Of a stretch of 64,000 nt of DNA, positions 1-10,039 are shown one piece after another. The translations under genes were made by a program, and so were the position numbers. The number at the start of each line of letters is the position of its first letter. The first letter of the stretch is position 1. The notes under the pieces were generated by a model. That model saw only the letters and a program-made list of their open reading frames with translations, searched no databases and was not told the origin of the DNA. The DNA lies in NCBI GenBank assembly GCA_002269645.1, contig NIVC01000387.1, forward strand, positions 248,001-312,000, given 5' to 3'. This stretch comes from Macrostomum lignano. Its lineage: Eukaryota.

Positions 1-1798
1 GGCGGGGTGCTGGAGCCCGAGGGCACCATCGAGATTCGCTACAGGGAGCGGGAGCTGGTCAAGACCATTCAACGGCTGGACGATCGCTGCGCCGCGCTGC
101 TCAAAGCCGTGTCAACCGGCGGCGACGCCGAGGCGGCCAGGTCGGCTGAGCGGGCCCTGCTGGCCAGGCAGAAAGAGCTGCTGCCGGCCTACACGCAGGT
201 GGCGCTGCGCTTCGCCGACCTGCACGACACGCCTGGCCGGATGCTGGAGAAGGTGGGCTGCGGGTTTTGGGAAGATGGGTCAAGATTGGGTCAAGCTGGA
301 GCATATTGGGTCAAGTTGGAGCATATTGGGTCAAGTTGGAGCATATTGGGTCAAGTCGGAGCATATTGGGTCAAGTTGGAGCATATTGGGTCAAGTTGGA
401 GTATATTGGGTCAAGTTGGAGCATATTGGGTCAAGTTGGAGTATATTGGGTCAAGTCGGAGCATATTGGGTCAAGTTGGAGCATATTGGGTCAAGTTGGA
501 GTATATTGGGTCAAGTTGGAGCATATTGGGTCAAGTTTAGGTCAAGTCGGAGCATATTGGATCAAGTTGGAGCATATTGGGTCAAGTTGGAGCATATTGG
601 GTCAAATTGGAGTATATTGGGTCAAGTTGGAGCATATTGGGTCAAGTTGGAGCATATTGGGTCAAGTTGGAGTATATTGGGTCAAGTCGGAGCATATTGG
701 GTCAAGTTGGAGCATATTGGGTCAAGTTGGAGCATATTGGGTCAAGTTGGAGCATATTGGGTCAAGTTTAGGTCAAGTCGGAGCATATTGGATCAAGTTG
801 GAGCATATTGGGTCAAGTTGGAGCATATTGGGTCAAATTGGAGTATATTGGGTCAAGTTGGAGCATATTGGGTCAAGTTGGAGCATATTGGGTCAAGTTG
901 GAGCATATTGGGTCAAATTGGAGTATATTGGGTCAAGTTGGAGCATATTGGGTCAAGCTGGAGCATATTGGTTCAGGATTAAGTCAAGTTAAAGTATATT
1001 GGGTCAAGATTAGGTCAAGTTGGAGCAGATTAGGTCAAGTTGGAGCATATTGGGTCAACTTTGGGAAATCGGATCAAGATTAAGTCAAGGCTGAGCAGAT
1101 TGGGTTAAGGCTGCGATATCAGTCAAGATTAGGTAAGGTCAAAGTTGGTCAAATTGAGTAAAGGTTATGAAAATCAAAGTTTAGATCAAGAAAGTAACAA
1201 ATTGGGTCAAGGCTGAGATGATTAGGTCCAAGGTTGAGCAGATTGTGTCACTGTTGGTCTTAGCCTGCTGTTTCCGCAAAGTCGCGCAACTGCCGTTCTC
1301 TACCCGCAGGGCTGCATCTCGGCAGTCATCCGCTGGGAGTCGGCGCGCCCATTTTTTTACCACCGCCTGCGCCGGCGCCTAGCAGAGGAGCGCGCACTCC
1401 GCGTCATCCAGGTGCCAACCGGACAGTCGCGCGCCGCCTGCCTGTCCTCGCTGCGCCGGCTGTTCCTGGACGCGCAGACGGGCTCGGCGGCCTCCGCCCA
1501 CTACGACTCAGACAACGCCGCAGTGGCCGACTGGCTGTCCGAGCAGCTGGCCGAGTTCGAGTCCGGCCAGTCCTCAGGCTCCCTGGCGGGCCACATTACC
1601 CAATGCCGCCGCGACCATGCGCTTGCCCAGATGCAATCGTTGCTAAGCAGCAATCCCAGTGTTGCTATGGACGCCGTGGTGCACGCGCTGGGCACGATGG
1701 CTCCTGAGGAGCGGGCCAGGGTGGAGACCTACCTGGGCAGCCTGTCTGGCCGGGTGGCAGCCGAGCCGGGGCAGCAGACGCGGGTGAACTTTTCCTGA
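1..1798 (+). CDS. ACACA: Acetyl-CoA carboxylase, C-terminal (carboxyltransferase) exons; gene begins upstream of window
   Basis: Exon 1-252 reads GGVLEPEGTIEIRYR...LLPAYTQVALRFADLHDTPGRMLEK, matching the ACC motifs LEPEG.VEI and FADLHDTPGRM. GT donor at 253. AG acceptor at 1308-1309. Last exon 1310-1798 reads GCISAVIRWESARPFFYHRLRRRL...NPSVAMDAVVH...* in phase 0. Confidence 0.93.
277..1100. repeat. 20-bp minisatellite (GAGCATATTGGGTCAAGTTG)n in the last ACC intron
   Basis: Tandem unit seen directly; degenerates after about 960. Ends approximate. Confidence 0.95.
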
Positions 1799-1914
1799 TC
1801 TGCTTCGTCGCAGGGTCATTCCGGGTCACAGTGCCGTCCCTCGGGATTGATTGCGCTATTTTCATTGACGTTTCTTTAACCGTACGCTTCCGCCGCTTTG
1901 TGAACAGATGTTGC

Positions 1915-2215
1915 CTTAGATACTGAGATTTCCCTTGGATACGAGATTCCCCTTAAATACGGGGATTTCCCTTGGATACGAAATTCCCCTTAGATACGGG
2001 GATTTCCCTTGGATACGAAATTCCCCTTAGATACGGGGATTTCCCTTGGATACGAAATTCCCCTTAGATACGGGGATTTCCCTTGGATACGAAATTCCCC
2101 TTAGATACGGGGATTTCCCTTGGATACGAAATTCCCCTTAGATACGGGGATTTCCCTTGGATACGAAATCGACCTTAAAAATGGAGATTTCCCTTGGATA
2201 CGATATTCCCAGTAG
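1915..2215. repeat. 37-bp minisatellite (TAGATACGGGGATTTCCCTTGGATACGAAATTCCCCT)n
   Basis: About 7 copies; unit is a dimer of two related 18-19 bp subunits. Duplicated at ~8931-9231. Confidence 0.9.
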
Positions 2216-3021
2216 ATATGTAATTCATCGGAGATTAATTCTATTAACTTCTGAGCAAGTGCAATTCAAAAGGTTAAGGAAATTCTTATCTACAAAAAAG
2301 CTTCACTATTATTGTTGCTAAGCGGTTGGTGATTTTTTTTAAATGTTGCCTCTAGCGTTGCGACTTTCTTCGGCGTTGTTCCTGTTTTGCTTTTCTCTGC
2401 CCAAATTTTTTCGCTTCCTTGCCCGACAAGATAATTTATAGGAATTGATTTTTTGTGAATGGAAAAATCCCCAGGCACCGTCCTCCCGCACCAGAATAGC
2501 AAAGTTTTTCAGTGTAATAAGTTAATAACAAACTTTTGTAACCGCTTGACTCCATAATTTGCCTGCAATATTTAATTTCCTTTTCGTCCAGATATTTTCT
2601 GCAACTGTCTGCCTGTTAGCGAGATCAACTTCCCCCTTAGCAGAGCGCGTTGATTTCTGATTCTAACTGCTGCAAGCTCGGCACGGACCTTCTGTCTCTC
2701 ATTCGCTGGCGCGACAATGCAGTCCAATTTGTTTGTTTTCATTTCTCTCTGGGCTCTTTGTTTTCCTGCTGCATAGTCTTTGTTGCTCTACATGTACTTC
2801 TTCTGCTGCGTTTTGCTAGCTCCCGACCCCTTTTTCTACTGCGTGCTCATCGGCAGGTGTTCAAAAACTCTCTGACTGCCTTTGTTTTTGTTTTGCATTC
2901 AACTGGCTAGCAGGGCATGAACTTAAACACAATACACTGTATGCGACTGCGGATATGCCCGGAACTATTCCACTAATACCTCAGCTGCTGCTTCCGCCTC
3001 CGCTCTTTTTTGGGATTGCGG

Positions 3022-5484
3022 CTTGTCTGAGTGGGTTGTGTGTCTGGGTGGGTTGTGTCTGGGTGGGGTCATGTGTCTGAGTGGGGTCCTGTGTCTGAGT
3101 GGGCTGTGTCTGAGTGGGGTTATGTGTCTGAGTGGGGTCATGTGTCTGAGTGGGCTGTGTCTGAGTGGGGTTATGTGTCTGAGTGGGGTCATGTGTCTAA
3201 GTGGGGTCCTGTGTCTGAGTGGGCTGTGTCTGAGTGGGGTTATGTGTCTGAGTGGGCTGTGTCTGAGTGGGGTCATGTGTCTGAGTGGGGTTATGTGTCT
3301 AAGTGGGGTCATGTGTCTAAGTGGGTCCTGTGTCTGAGTGGGGTTATGTGTCTGAGTGGGCTGTGTCTGAGTGGGGTTATGTGTCTGAGTGGGGTTATGT
3401 GTCTGAGTGGGCTGTGTCTGAGTGGGGTCATGTGTCTAAGTGGGTCCTGTGTCTGAGTGGGGTCCTGTGTCTGAGTGGGGTCATGTGTCTGAGTGGGGTC
3501 ATGTGTCTGAGTGGGGTCATGTGTCTGAGTGGGCTGTGTCTGAGTGGGGTCATGTGTCTGAGTGGGCTGTGTCTGAGTGGGGTCATGTGTCTGAGTGGGC
3601 TGTGTCTGAGTGGGGTCATGTGTCTAAGTGGGTCCTGTGTCTGAGTGGGGTTATGTGTCTGAGTGGGGTCATGTGTCTAAGTGGGGTCCTGTGTCTGAGT
3701 GGGCTGTGTCTGAGTGGGGTCATGTGTCTGAGTGGGGTCATGTGTCTAAGTGGGGTCCTGTGTCTGAGTGGGCTGTGTCTGAGTGGGGTCATGTGTCTGA
3801 GTGGGGTCCTGTGTCTGAGTGGGCTGTGTCTGAGTGGGGTCATGTGTCTGAGTGGGGTCATGTGTCTAAGTGGGGTCCTGTGTCTGAGTGGGCTGTGTCT
3901 GAGTGGGGTCATGTGTCTGAGTGGGGTCATGTGTCTAAGTGGGGTCCTGTGTCTAAGTGGGGTCCTGTGTCTGAGTGGGCTGTGTCTGAGTGGGGTTATG
4001 TGTCTGAGTGGGGTCATGTGTCTAAGTGGGGTCATGTGTCTAAGTGGGGTCCTGTGTCTGAGTGGGCTGTGTCTGAGTGGGGTCATGTGTCTGAGTGGGG
4101 TCATGTGTCTAAGTGGGTCCTGTGTCTGAGTGGGGTTATGTGTCTGAGTGGGGTCATGTGTCTAAGTGGGTCCTGTGTCTGAGTGGGGTTGTGTCTGAGT
4201 GGGGTCATGTGTCTAAGTGGGTCCTGTGTCTGAGTGGGGTTATGTGTCTGAGTGGGGTCATGTGTCTGAGTGGGGTTATGTGTCTGAGTGGGGTCATGTG
4301 TCTGAGTGGGGTTATGTGTCTGAGTGGGGTCATGTGTCTGAGTGGGTATAAGGATTCAATTTCATATGCATGTAGGCCTTAGGGACTATTTAGGGACTAT
4401 TTTAGGAAGTAGTATTAGGGACTAAATTAGGCAATAATTAGGGAATTGCATTGTTATCAGAGCGTGGTGGAGTGTAGCAGTTGTGGACAGCTACACTCTT
4501 ACAAAAAGCCACAAGTGCTTGATGACGGCATTGCAAAGGGCGAGTGCAGGCCGCCCTAAAAGTCTGCTTCCACTTTAGAGGGGTTGTATGCTTTTTGTGG
4601 GGCGGGGTTCAATTACATTTTTAACAGAGACATTTCAGAAATCACACGAGAAAGGGGAACCGTGAGAATCGGCCGGAATTGCGCGGTGGCTGGAAGACGT
4701 GGGAAATGATAACGCAGACAGTTTCACAGGGACTTCATCGGGGAAATTTACTATAAATAAGCGAGGGGTTAAATGCTAAAAACTTTACCCTTTTTCCACT
4801 CTTTTTTCACTCTCTTTTACACGCCTTGTATTAACTTTTGGATTGCTTAATAGTTTGCAAATCACGACGACCGCTTCTGCAGACACCTGTGACCGGAGGG
4901 TAAGACTGAGCACTGCCATGACTTTAGATTTATGAATATTAGCGTATCGGTCTCAGACCAGGTAGATAGGTGTAATTTATATATATATATATAATAGATT
5001 AATAGGAGTATTTGAGTAGCTTAGTTATACCGTAGTGTCTCAGACTTATTCTCCCTGCTTGTAGCTCGCTTATTTGCTTATTAATACAAACGTTGAAAAT
5101 GCAGTAGTAAATATAATTATATGGTTGATCGGTAAATAACATCCAAGCATATTCTACCTCGTTTGAGTTACTATTAATCATATGTAAGGTTCTTAGTTTG
5201 CGGCCAACTAGGAAACTTATAGTGGGCTGTGTCTGAGTGGGGTTATGTGTCTGAGTGGGGTCATGTGTCTAAGTGGGGTCCTGTGTCTGAGTGGGCTGTG
5301 TCTGAGTGGGGTCATGTGTCTAAGTGGGGTCCTGTGTCTGAGTGGGCTGTGTCTGAGTGGGGTCATGTGTCTAAGTGGGTCCTGTGTCTGAGTGGGGTCC
5401 TGTGTCTGAGTGGGGTCATGTGTCTAAGTGGGTCCTGTGTCTGAGTGGGCTGTGTCTGAGTGGGGTCATGTGTCTGAGTGGGTC
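3022..5484. repeat. 15-18 bp minisatellite (GTGTCTGAGTGGGGTCAT and variants), interrupted by an 875-bp insertion
   Basis: Array at 3022-4346 and 5222-5484. Source of the GVMCLS/TPLRH pseudo-ORFs. Confidence 0.95.
4347..5221. mobile_element. 875-bp insertion with TATAAG...CTTATA termini and 5-bp TSD (solo-LTR-like or MITE-like)
   Basis: GTGGG at 4342-4346 and 5222-5226. Removing the insert plus one GTGGG restores the satellite unit CTGAGTGGGCTGTGT. 6-bp terminal inverted repeat; internal CTATAAATAAG. Confidence 0.7.
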
Positions 5485-5812
5485 CTTCAGCGTTGCGACT
5501 ATATATATCTGCTTGATCATATGTCGGGGTGGGTCATGTCTAAGTGGACTCGTAATACTTGTGAAACTACTATAAATTTGGTCACACAGAGCAATAGATA
5601 TAAAAAAAGTTATTTAGAGTCAGTCATTTGACCGGCTAAGGTCTGAAGTGCCTTCCGAGCTGTTACTAAAGCAAATAAAATCTGAAATCGATTTGTTTTT
5701 GTTTGGCAAAAATTGCGTGGCAATCAATATTATTGTATGCGGCATGTGTATTTTAAAGCTTGAGCAGCTCCGTAAACTCAATAATAATAAAATGCATTTA
5801 AATAGCCTGCTG

Positions 5813-7176
5813 TCACTCCGGCCACACCGTGCGCAGCAGGGAGCCGCAGTCCAGCAGGCAGGTGTGCACCAGGCTGAGCGGCTGGCCGCGCGGGTTCAGG
5901 CACATCAGCCTGCGGCCCACAAACTCATCCAGCTGGGCCGCGCTGGCCACCGGGACCGGCGCCAGGCTGTCCGAGTCGCGGCTCTCCAGCGTCCAGTCGA
6001 TGCGACGCGACTCGCCAAGCCGCAGGCGCTCCGGCGGCACCGTCCGGGCGACGATGCGACGCTGGTGGCCCGGAAGCGGCAGCTCTGTGGCCAGGCGGCG
6101 CCAGACAGCGCCGGCAAGTTTGACAGTCTCGGCGAAGGCGGCGTCGCAGGCGGCGGCCGAGACGGAGCCGTGCAGCAGCGAGAGGGCCTCGGCGGACTGG
6201 CGGCCCGGCGCGTGCAGGCGGCCCCGACAGGCCAGGCGGATCGGCAGGCTGGCGGTGGATGCCTGGCGGCGGCCCAGCTGGGCGGCCATGGCGGGCAGGG
6301 AGGCGGCGCCCACCAGGAAGAGCCGCAGGTGCGGGTTGTCGGCCGAGTCGGCGCTGTCCCGCTTATCGGCCGGCAGGTCGATGGCGTCGGCTTCTGACCA
6401 GCCGCAGGCGGCGAGCACCGGCGCGGTGACACAGTCCGGGCCGCGGGTCAGCAGCCAGCCGTGGCCGGCGAAGCTGACGGCCTCGGCCGTCAGGCTGGCG
6501 GCGGCGTCCATCGCGCGGCTCTGCAGGCGGAGGCCGGCCGGCTCTACGAATTCAAGCTGCCGGCCGGCCAGGCGGAGGCGGCGCAGACCGGGCGGTGACG
6601 GCGTCTCTTCGGCTGCCATGTCGACGGAAAAGTCCGGAGCCGCGGCAGAGTCCGGGTGCAGCCGGTTGGGCAGTCCGAGAGCGCGGTCCCAGAAGGCGTC
6701 GTGCAGTCTCCTGGGGAGGTAGGCGATGATGGCGCGGGTTGCGTGCGAATTTGTACTTTTGGCTCAGTGCCATGGGTACTTATCCTTCAGTGCCATGAGA
6801 AACACACCGGTACTCATCCTTCAGTGCCATGAGAAACACACCGGTACTCATCCTTCAGCAGCTTGGCCTCAGAGCCCTCCAGTCGCCTGCCGGGCTCCCG
6901 CAGCCTGCCCGCCGCATTGCGAGCAGCCGCCAGCGCCTCAGCAGCGGCTCGGACCGTCGCCCAGCCGATCCGGTCGCCGCCGCAGCCGCCCCGGGCATCA
7001 ATGCTGCCAGCCAGAGCCTCGGGATCGGCGAGCAGCGCCTCGGGCGGATAGTCGGGGGCCAGGGTCGGTGAGAAGTCGCGCGCATAGTGGTCGTAGAGGA
7101 CACGGGTGTTGATGCAGCGAGCGGAATCTCGCGGACAGCACAATGCGCTGGCTGCTGAGATGCTGCGAGCGAGTAT
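5813..7176 (-). CDS. SLIMP: Seryl-tRNA synthetase-like mitochondrial protein (SLIMP-type, catalytically degenerate SerRS2 paralogue), copy 1
   Basis: Exons 7176-6842 and 6710-5813 (GT at 6841, AG at 6712-6711, phase 2 consistent). Spliced product contains LYDHYARDFS..LAPDY...SIDARG, AFWDRALGLPNRLHPD (SerRS LPN.xHP), FLVGAASL, LPIRLACRGRLH, GESRRID and DEFVGRRL...LVHT. These are collinear with the SerRS catalytic domain but lack TxE and the motif-2 Arg. Start codon unresolved. Confidence 0.75.
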
Positions 7177-7735
7177 CTGAAGATTTTTTTGAATAAATTA
7201 ATTTTGCATAATGCTACTTTCAGTAAAGAGTAAACAAACATCAAACATTTGGCAAGACCTTTTTGTTAGAGCTTTGAATGCTTTTCAGTTTTAAAAAAAT
7301 TTCTAGAATTTCCAGATGTTCAAGTCAGTTGTCTTTGAATACCATGACTAGGCAAGGCACTAGTCACAGTAATCATGGTATGACTAGGCAAAGCATTTAG
7401 CCTAGTAGGCCTATGCTATCTAGTATACAGACCAATTAATAAAAAAGATCTGCTTTTGCTTTTGCTTTCAAGTTATCTGCTTTTCCAAACAGGACTATTA
7501 TTAAATTTAATAATCATAATCTTATATATAATAATCAGATATCAAATAGGCAGGCAAGATTTTCAAGTTTGATATATTTATTAATAAGTCTCATTATTAA
7601 AGTCTAATTCAGGATCAACTAAGTAACAAAATTAACATGGGACAAGTATACAAGGCAAAATTGAAAAATGAAACAAATAACAAGATAGAAGCATAGAAAA
7701 AAGAAAATAAATATATAATATAAATGATTAAAAAA

Positions 7736-8000
7736 CATACATGCGCAACTGCTGGCCAACCTGGCCGATCTGGCCACCGTAAATTGTGGTGGACCAGGGG
7801 TAAGTCGCAAAAATGCCCAGCCTAAAGAATACAGACGTAGTACTAATTAGATGACGGGGAATTTAGCCCTTATAAGACAGTCATAGTTACTCCTGCCGTT
7901 TACCCAAAATTGCGTTAGGGTTTCTTTCACAGGTAAGTCGCATTTTTGGTCAAAAAGTAAGTCGCATGGCCAGTGTAAATCAGGGGGTTGCGCATGTATG
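7736..8000. mobile_element. 265-bp MITE, Mutator/MULE-type (9-bp TSD)
   Basis: 14-bp perfect TIR: CATACATGCGCAAC (7736-7749) and GTTGCGCATGTATG (7987-8000). TSD ATTAAAAAA at 7727-7735 and 8001-8009. Internal GTAAGTCGCA motif three times. Empty site at 14749-14757. Confidence 0.85.
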
Positions 8001-8325
8001 ATTAAAAAAGCAAACTGAAAATGAAAAAAAAGTATTAAATAGTCACACTGAGAAAATATTAAAATTGCAAAGCAAAGAGCTATTGCAAAAAAGCTTTCTA
8101 GATATAGGTTGCTACATTTTTGTGGAAAACTAATACTAACTAAGAAAACTAAGGTCAAAGTTGGTCAAATTGAGTAAAGGTTATGAAAATCAAAGTTTAG
8201 ATCAAGAAAGTAACAAATTGGGTCAAGGCTGAGATGATTAGGTCCAAGGTTGAGCAGATTGTGTCACTGTTGGTCTTAGCCTGCTGTTTCCGCAAAGTCG
8301 CGCAACTGCCGTTCTCTACCCGCAG

Positions 8326-8814
8326 GGCTGCATCTCGGCAGTCATCCGCTGGGAGTCGGCGCGCCCATTTTTTTACCACCGCCTGCGCCGGCGCCTAGCA
8401 GAGGAGCGCGCACTCCGCGTCATCCAGGTGCCAACCGGACAGTCGCGCGCCGCCTGCCTGTCCTCGCTGCGCCGGCTGTTCCTGGACGCGCAGACGGGCT
8501 CGGCGGCCTCCGCCCACTACGACTCAGACAACGCCGCAGTGGCCGACTGGCTGTCCGAGCAGCTGGCCGAGTTCGAGTCCGGCCAGTCCTCAGGCTCCCT
8601 GGCGGGCCACATTACCCAATGCCGCCGCGACCATGCGCTTGCCCAGATGCAATCGTTGCTAAGCAGCAATCCCAGTGTTGCTATGGACGCCGTGGTGCAC
8701 GCGCTGGGCACGATGGCTCCTGAGGAGCGGGCCAGGGTGGAGACCTACCTGGGCAGCCTGTCTGGCCGGGTGGCAGCCGAGCCGGGGCAGCAGACGCGGG
8801 TGAACTTTTCCTGA
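8326..8814 (+). CDS. ACACA: Duplicated ACC terminal exon with intact acceptor (alternative last exon or orphan copy)
   Basis: Same translation as 1310-1798. AG at 8324-8325. The upstream ACC exon is not duplicated. Confidence 0.7.
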   Translation, partial: GCISAVIRWESARPFFYHRLRRRLAEERALRVIQVPTGQSRAACLSSLRRLFLDAQTGSAASAHYDSDNAAVADWLSEQLAEFESGQSSGSLAGHITQCRRDHALAQMQSLLSSNPSVAMDAVVHALGTMAPEERARVETYLGSLSGRVAAEPGQQTRVNFS

Positions 8815-10039
8815 TCTGCTTCGTCGCAGGGTCATTCCGGGTCACAGTGCCGTCCCTCGGGATTGATTGCGCTATTTTCATTGACGTTTCTTTAACCGTA
8901 CGCTTCCGCCGCTTTGTGAACAGATGTTGCCTTAGATACTGAGATTTCCCTTGGATACGAGATTCCCCTTAAATACGGGGATTTCCCTTGGATACGAAAT
9001 TCCCCTTAGATACGGGGATTTCCCTTGGATACGAAATTCCCCTTAGATACGGGGATTTCCCTTGGATACGAAATTCCCCTTAGATACGGGGATTTCCCTT
9101 GGATACGAAATTCCCCTTAGATACGGGGATTTCCCTTGGATACGAAATTCCCCTTAGATACGGGGATTTCCCTTGGATACGAAATCGACCTTAAAAATGG
9201 AGATTTCCCTTGGATACGATATTCCCAGTAGATATGTAATTCATCGGAGATTAATTCTATTAACTTCTGAGCAAGTGCAATTCAAAAGGTTAAGGAAATT
9301 CTTATCTACAAAAAAGCTTCACTATTATTGTTGCTAAGCGGTTGGTGATTTTTTTTAAATGTTGCCTCTAGCGTTGCGACTTTCTTCGGCGTTGTTCCTG
9401 TTTTGCTTTTCTCTGCCCAAATTTTTTCGCTTCCTTGCCCGACAAGATAATTTATAGGAATTGATTTTTTGTGAATGGAAAAATCCCCAGGCACCGTCCT
9501 CCCGCACCAGAATAGCAAAGTTTTTCAGTGTAATAAGTTAATAACAAACTTTTGTAACCGCTTGACTCCATAATTTGCCTGCAATATTTAATTTCCTTTT
9601 CGTCCAGATATTTTCTGCAACTGTCTGCCTGTTAGCGAGATCAACTTCCCCCTTAGCAGAGCGCGTTGATTTCTGATTCTAACTGCTGCAAGCTCGGCAC
9701 GGACCTTCTGTCTCTCATTCGCTGGCGCGACAATGCAGTCCAATTTGTTTGTTTTCATTTCTCTCTGGGCTCTTTGTTTTCCTGCTGCATAGTCTTTGTT
9801 GCTCTACATGTACTTCTTCTGCTGCGTTTTGCTAGCTCCCGACCCCTTTTTCTACTGCGTGCTCATCGGCAGGTGTTCAAAAACTCTCTGACTGCCTTTG
9901 TTTTTGTTTTGCATTCAACTGGCTAGCAGGGCATGAACTTAAACACAATACACTGTATGCGACTGCGGATATGCCCGGAACTATTCCACTAATACCTCAG
10001 CTGCTGCTTCCGCCTCCGCTCTTTTTTGGGATTGCGGCT

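Noticed and set aside
1915-2215. 37-bp repeat with an internal hairpin (GGGGATTTC...GAAATTCCCC), superficially CRISPR-like
   Set aside because: Units are contiguous with no unique spacers, there are no cas genes, and the context is eukaryotic. It is a minisatellite.
2290-2910. Short ORFs between ACC and the satellite
   Set aside because: No recognisable domain, splice pattern or coding-like composition.
267-4382. Repetitive ORFs (WVKLEHIGSS, GVMCLS, TPLRH) and equivalents in the other arrays ([27 protein letters not shown])
   Set aside because: Stop-free frames of intronic or intergenic minisatellites lying between phase-compatible exons of recognisable genes.
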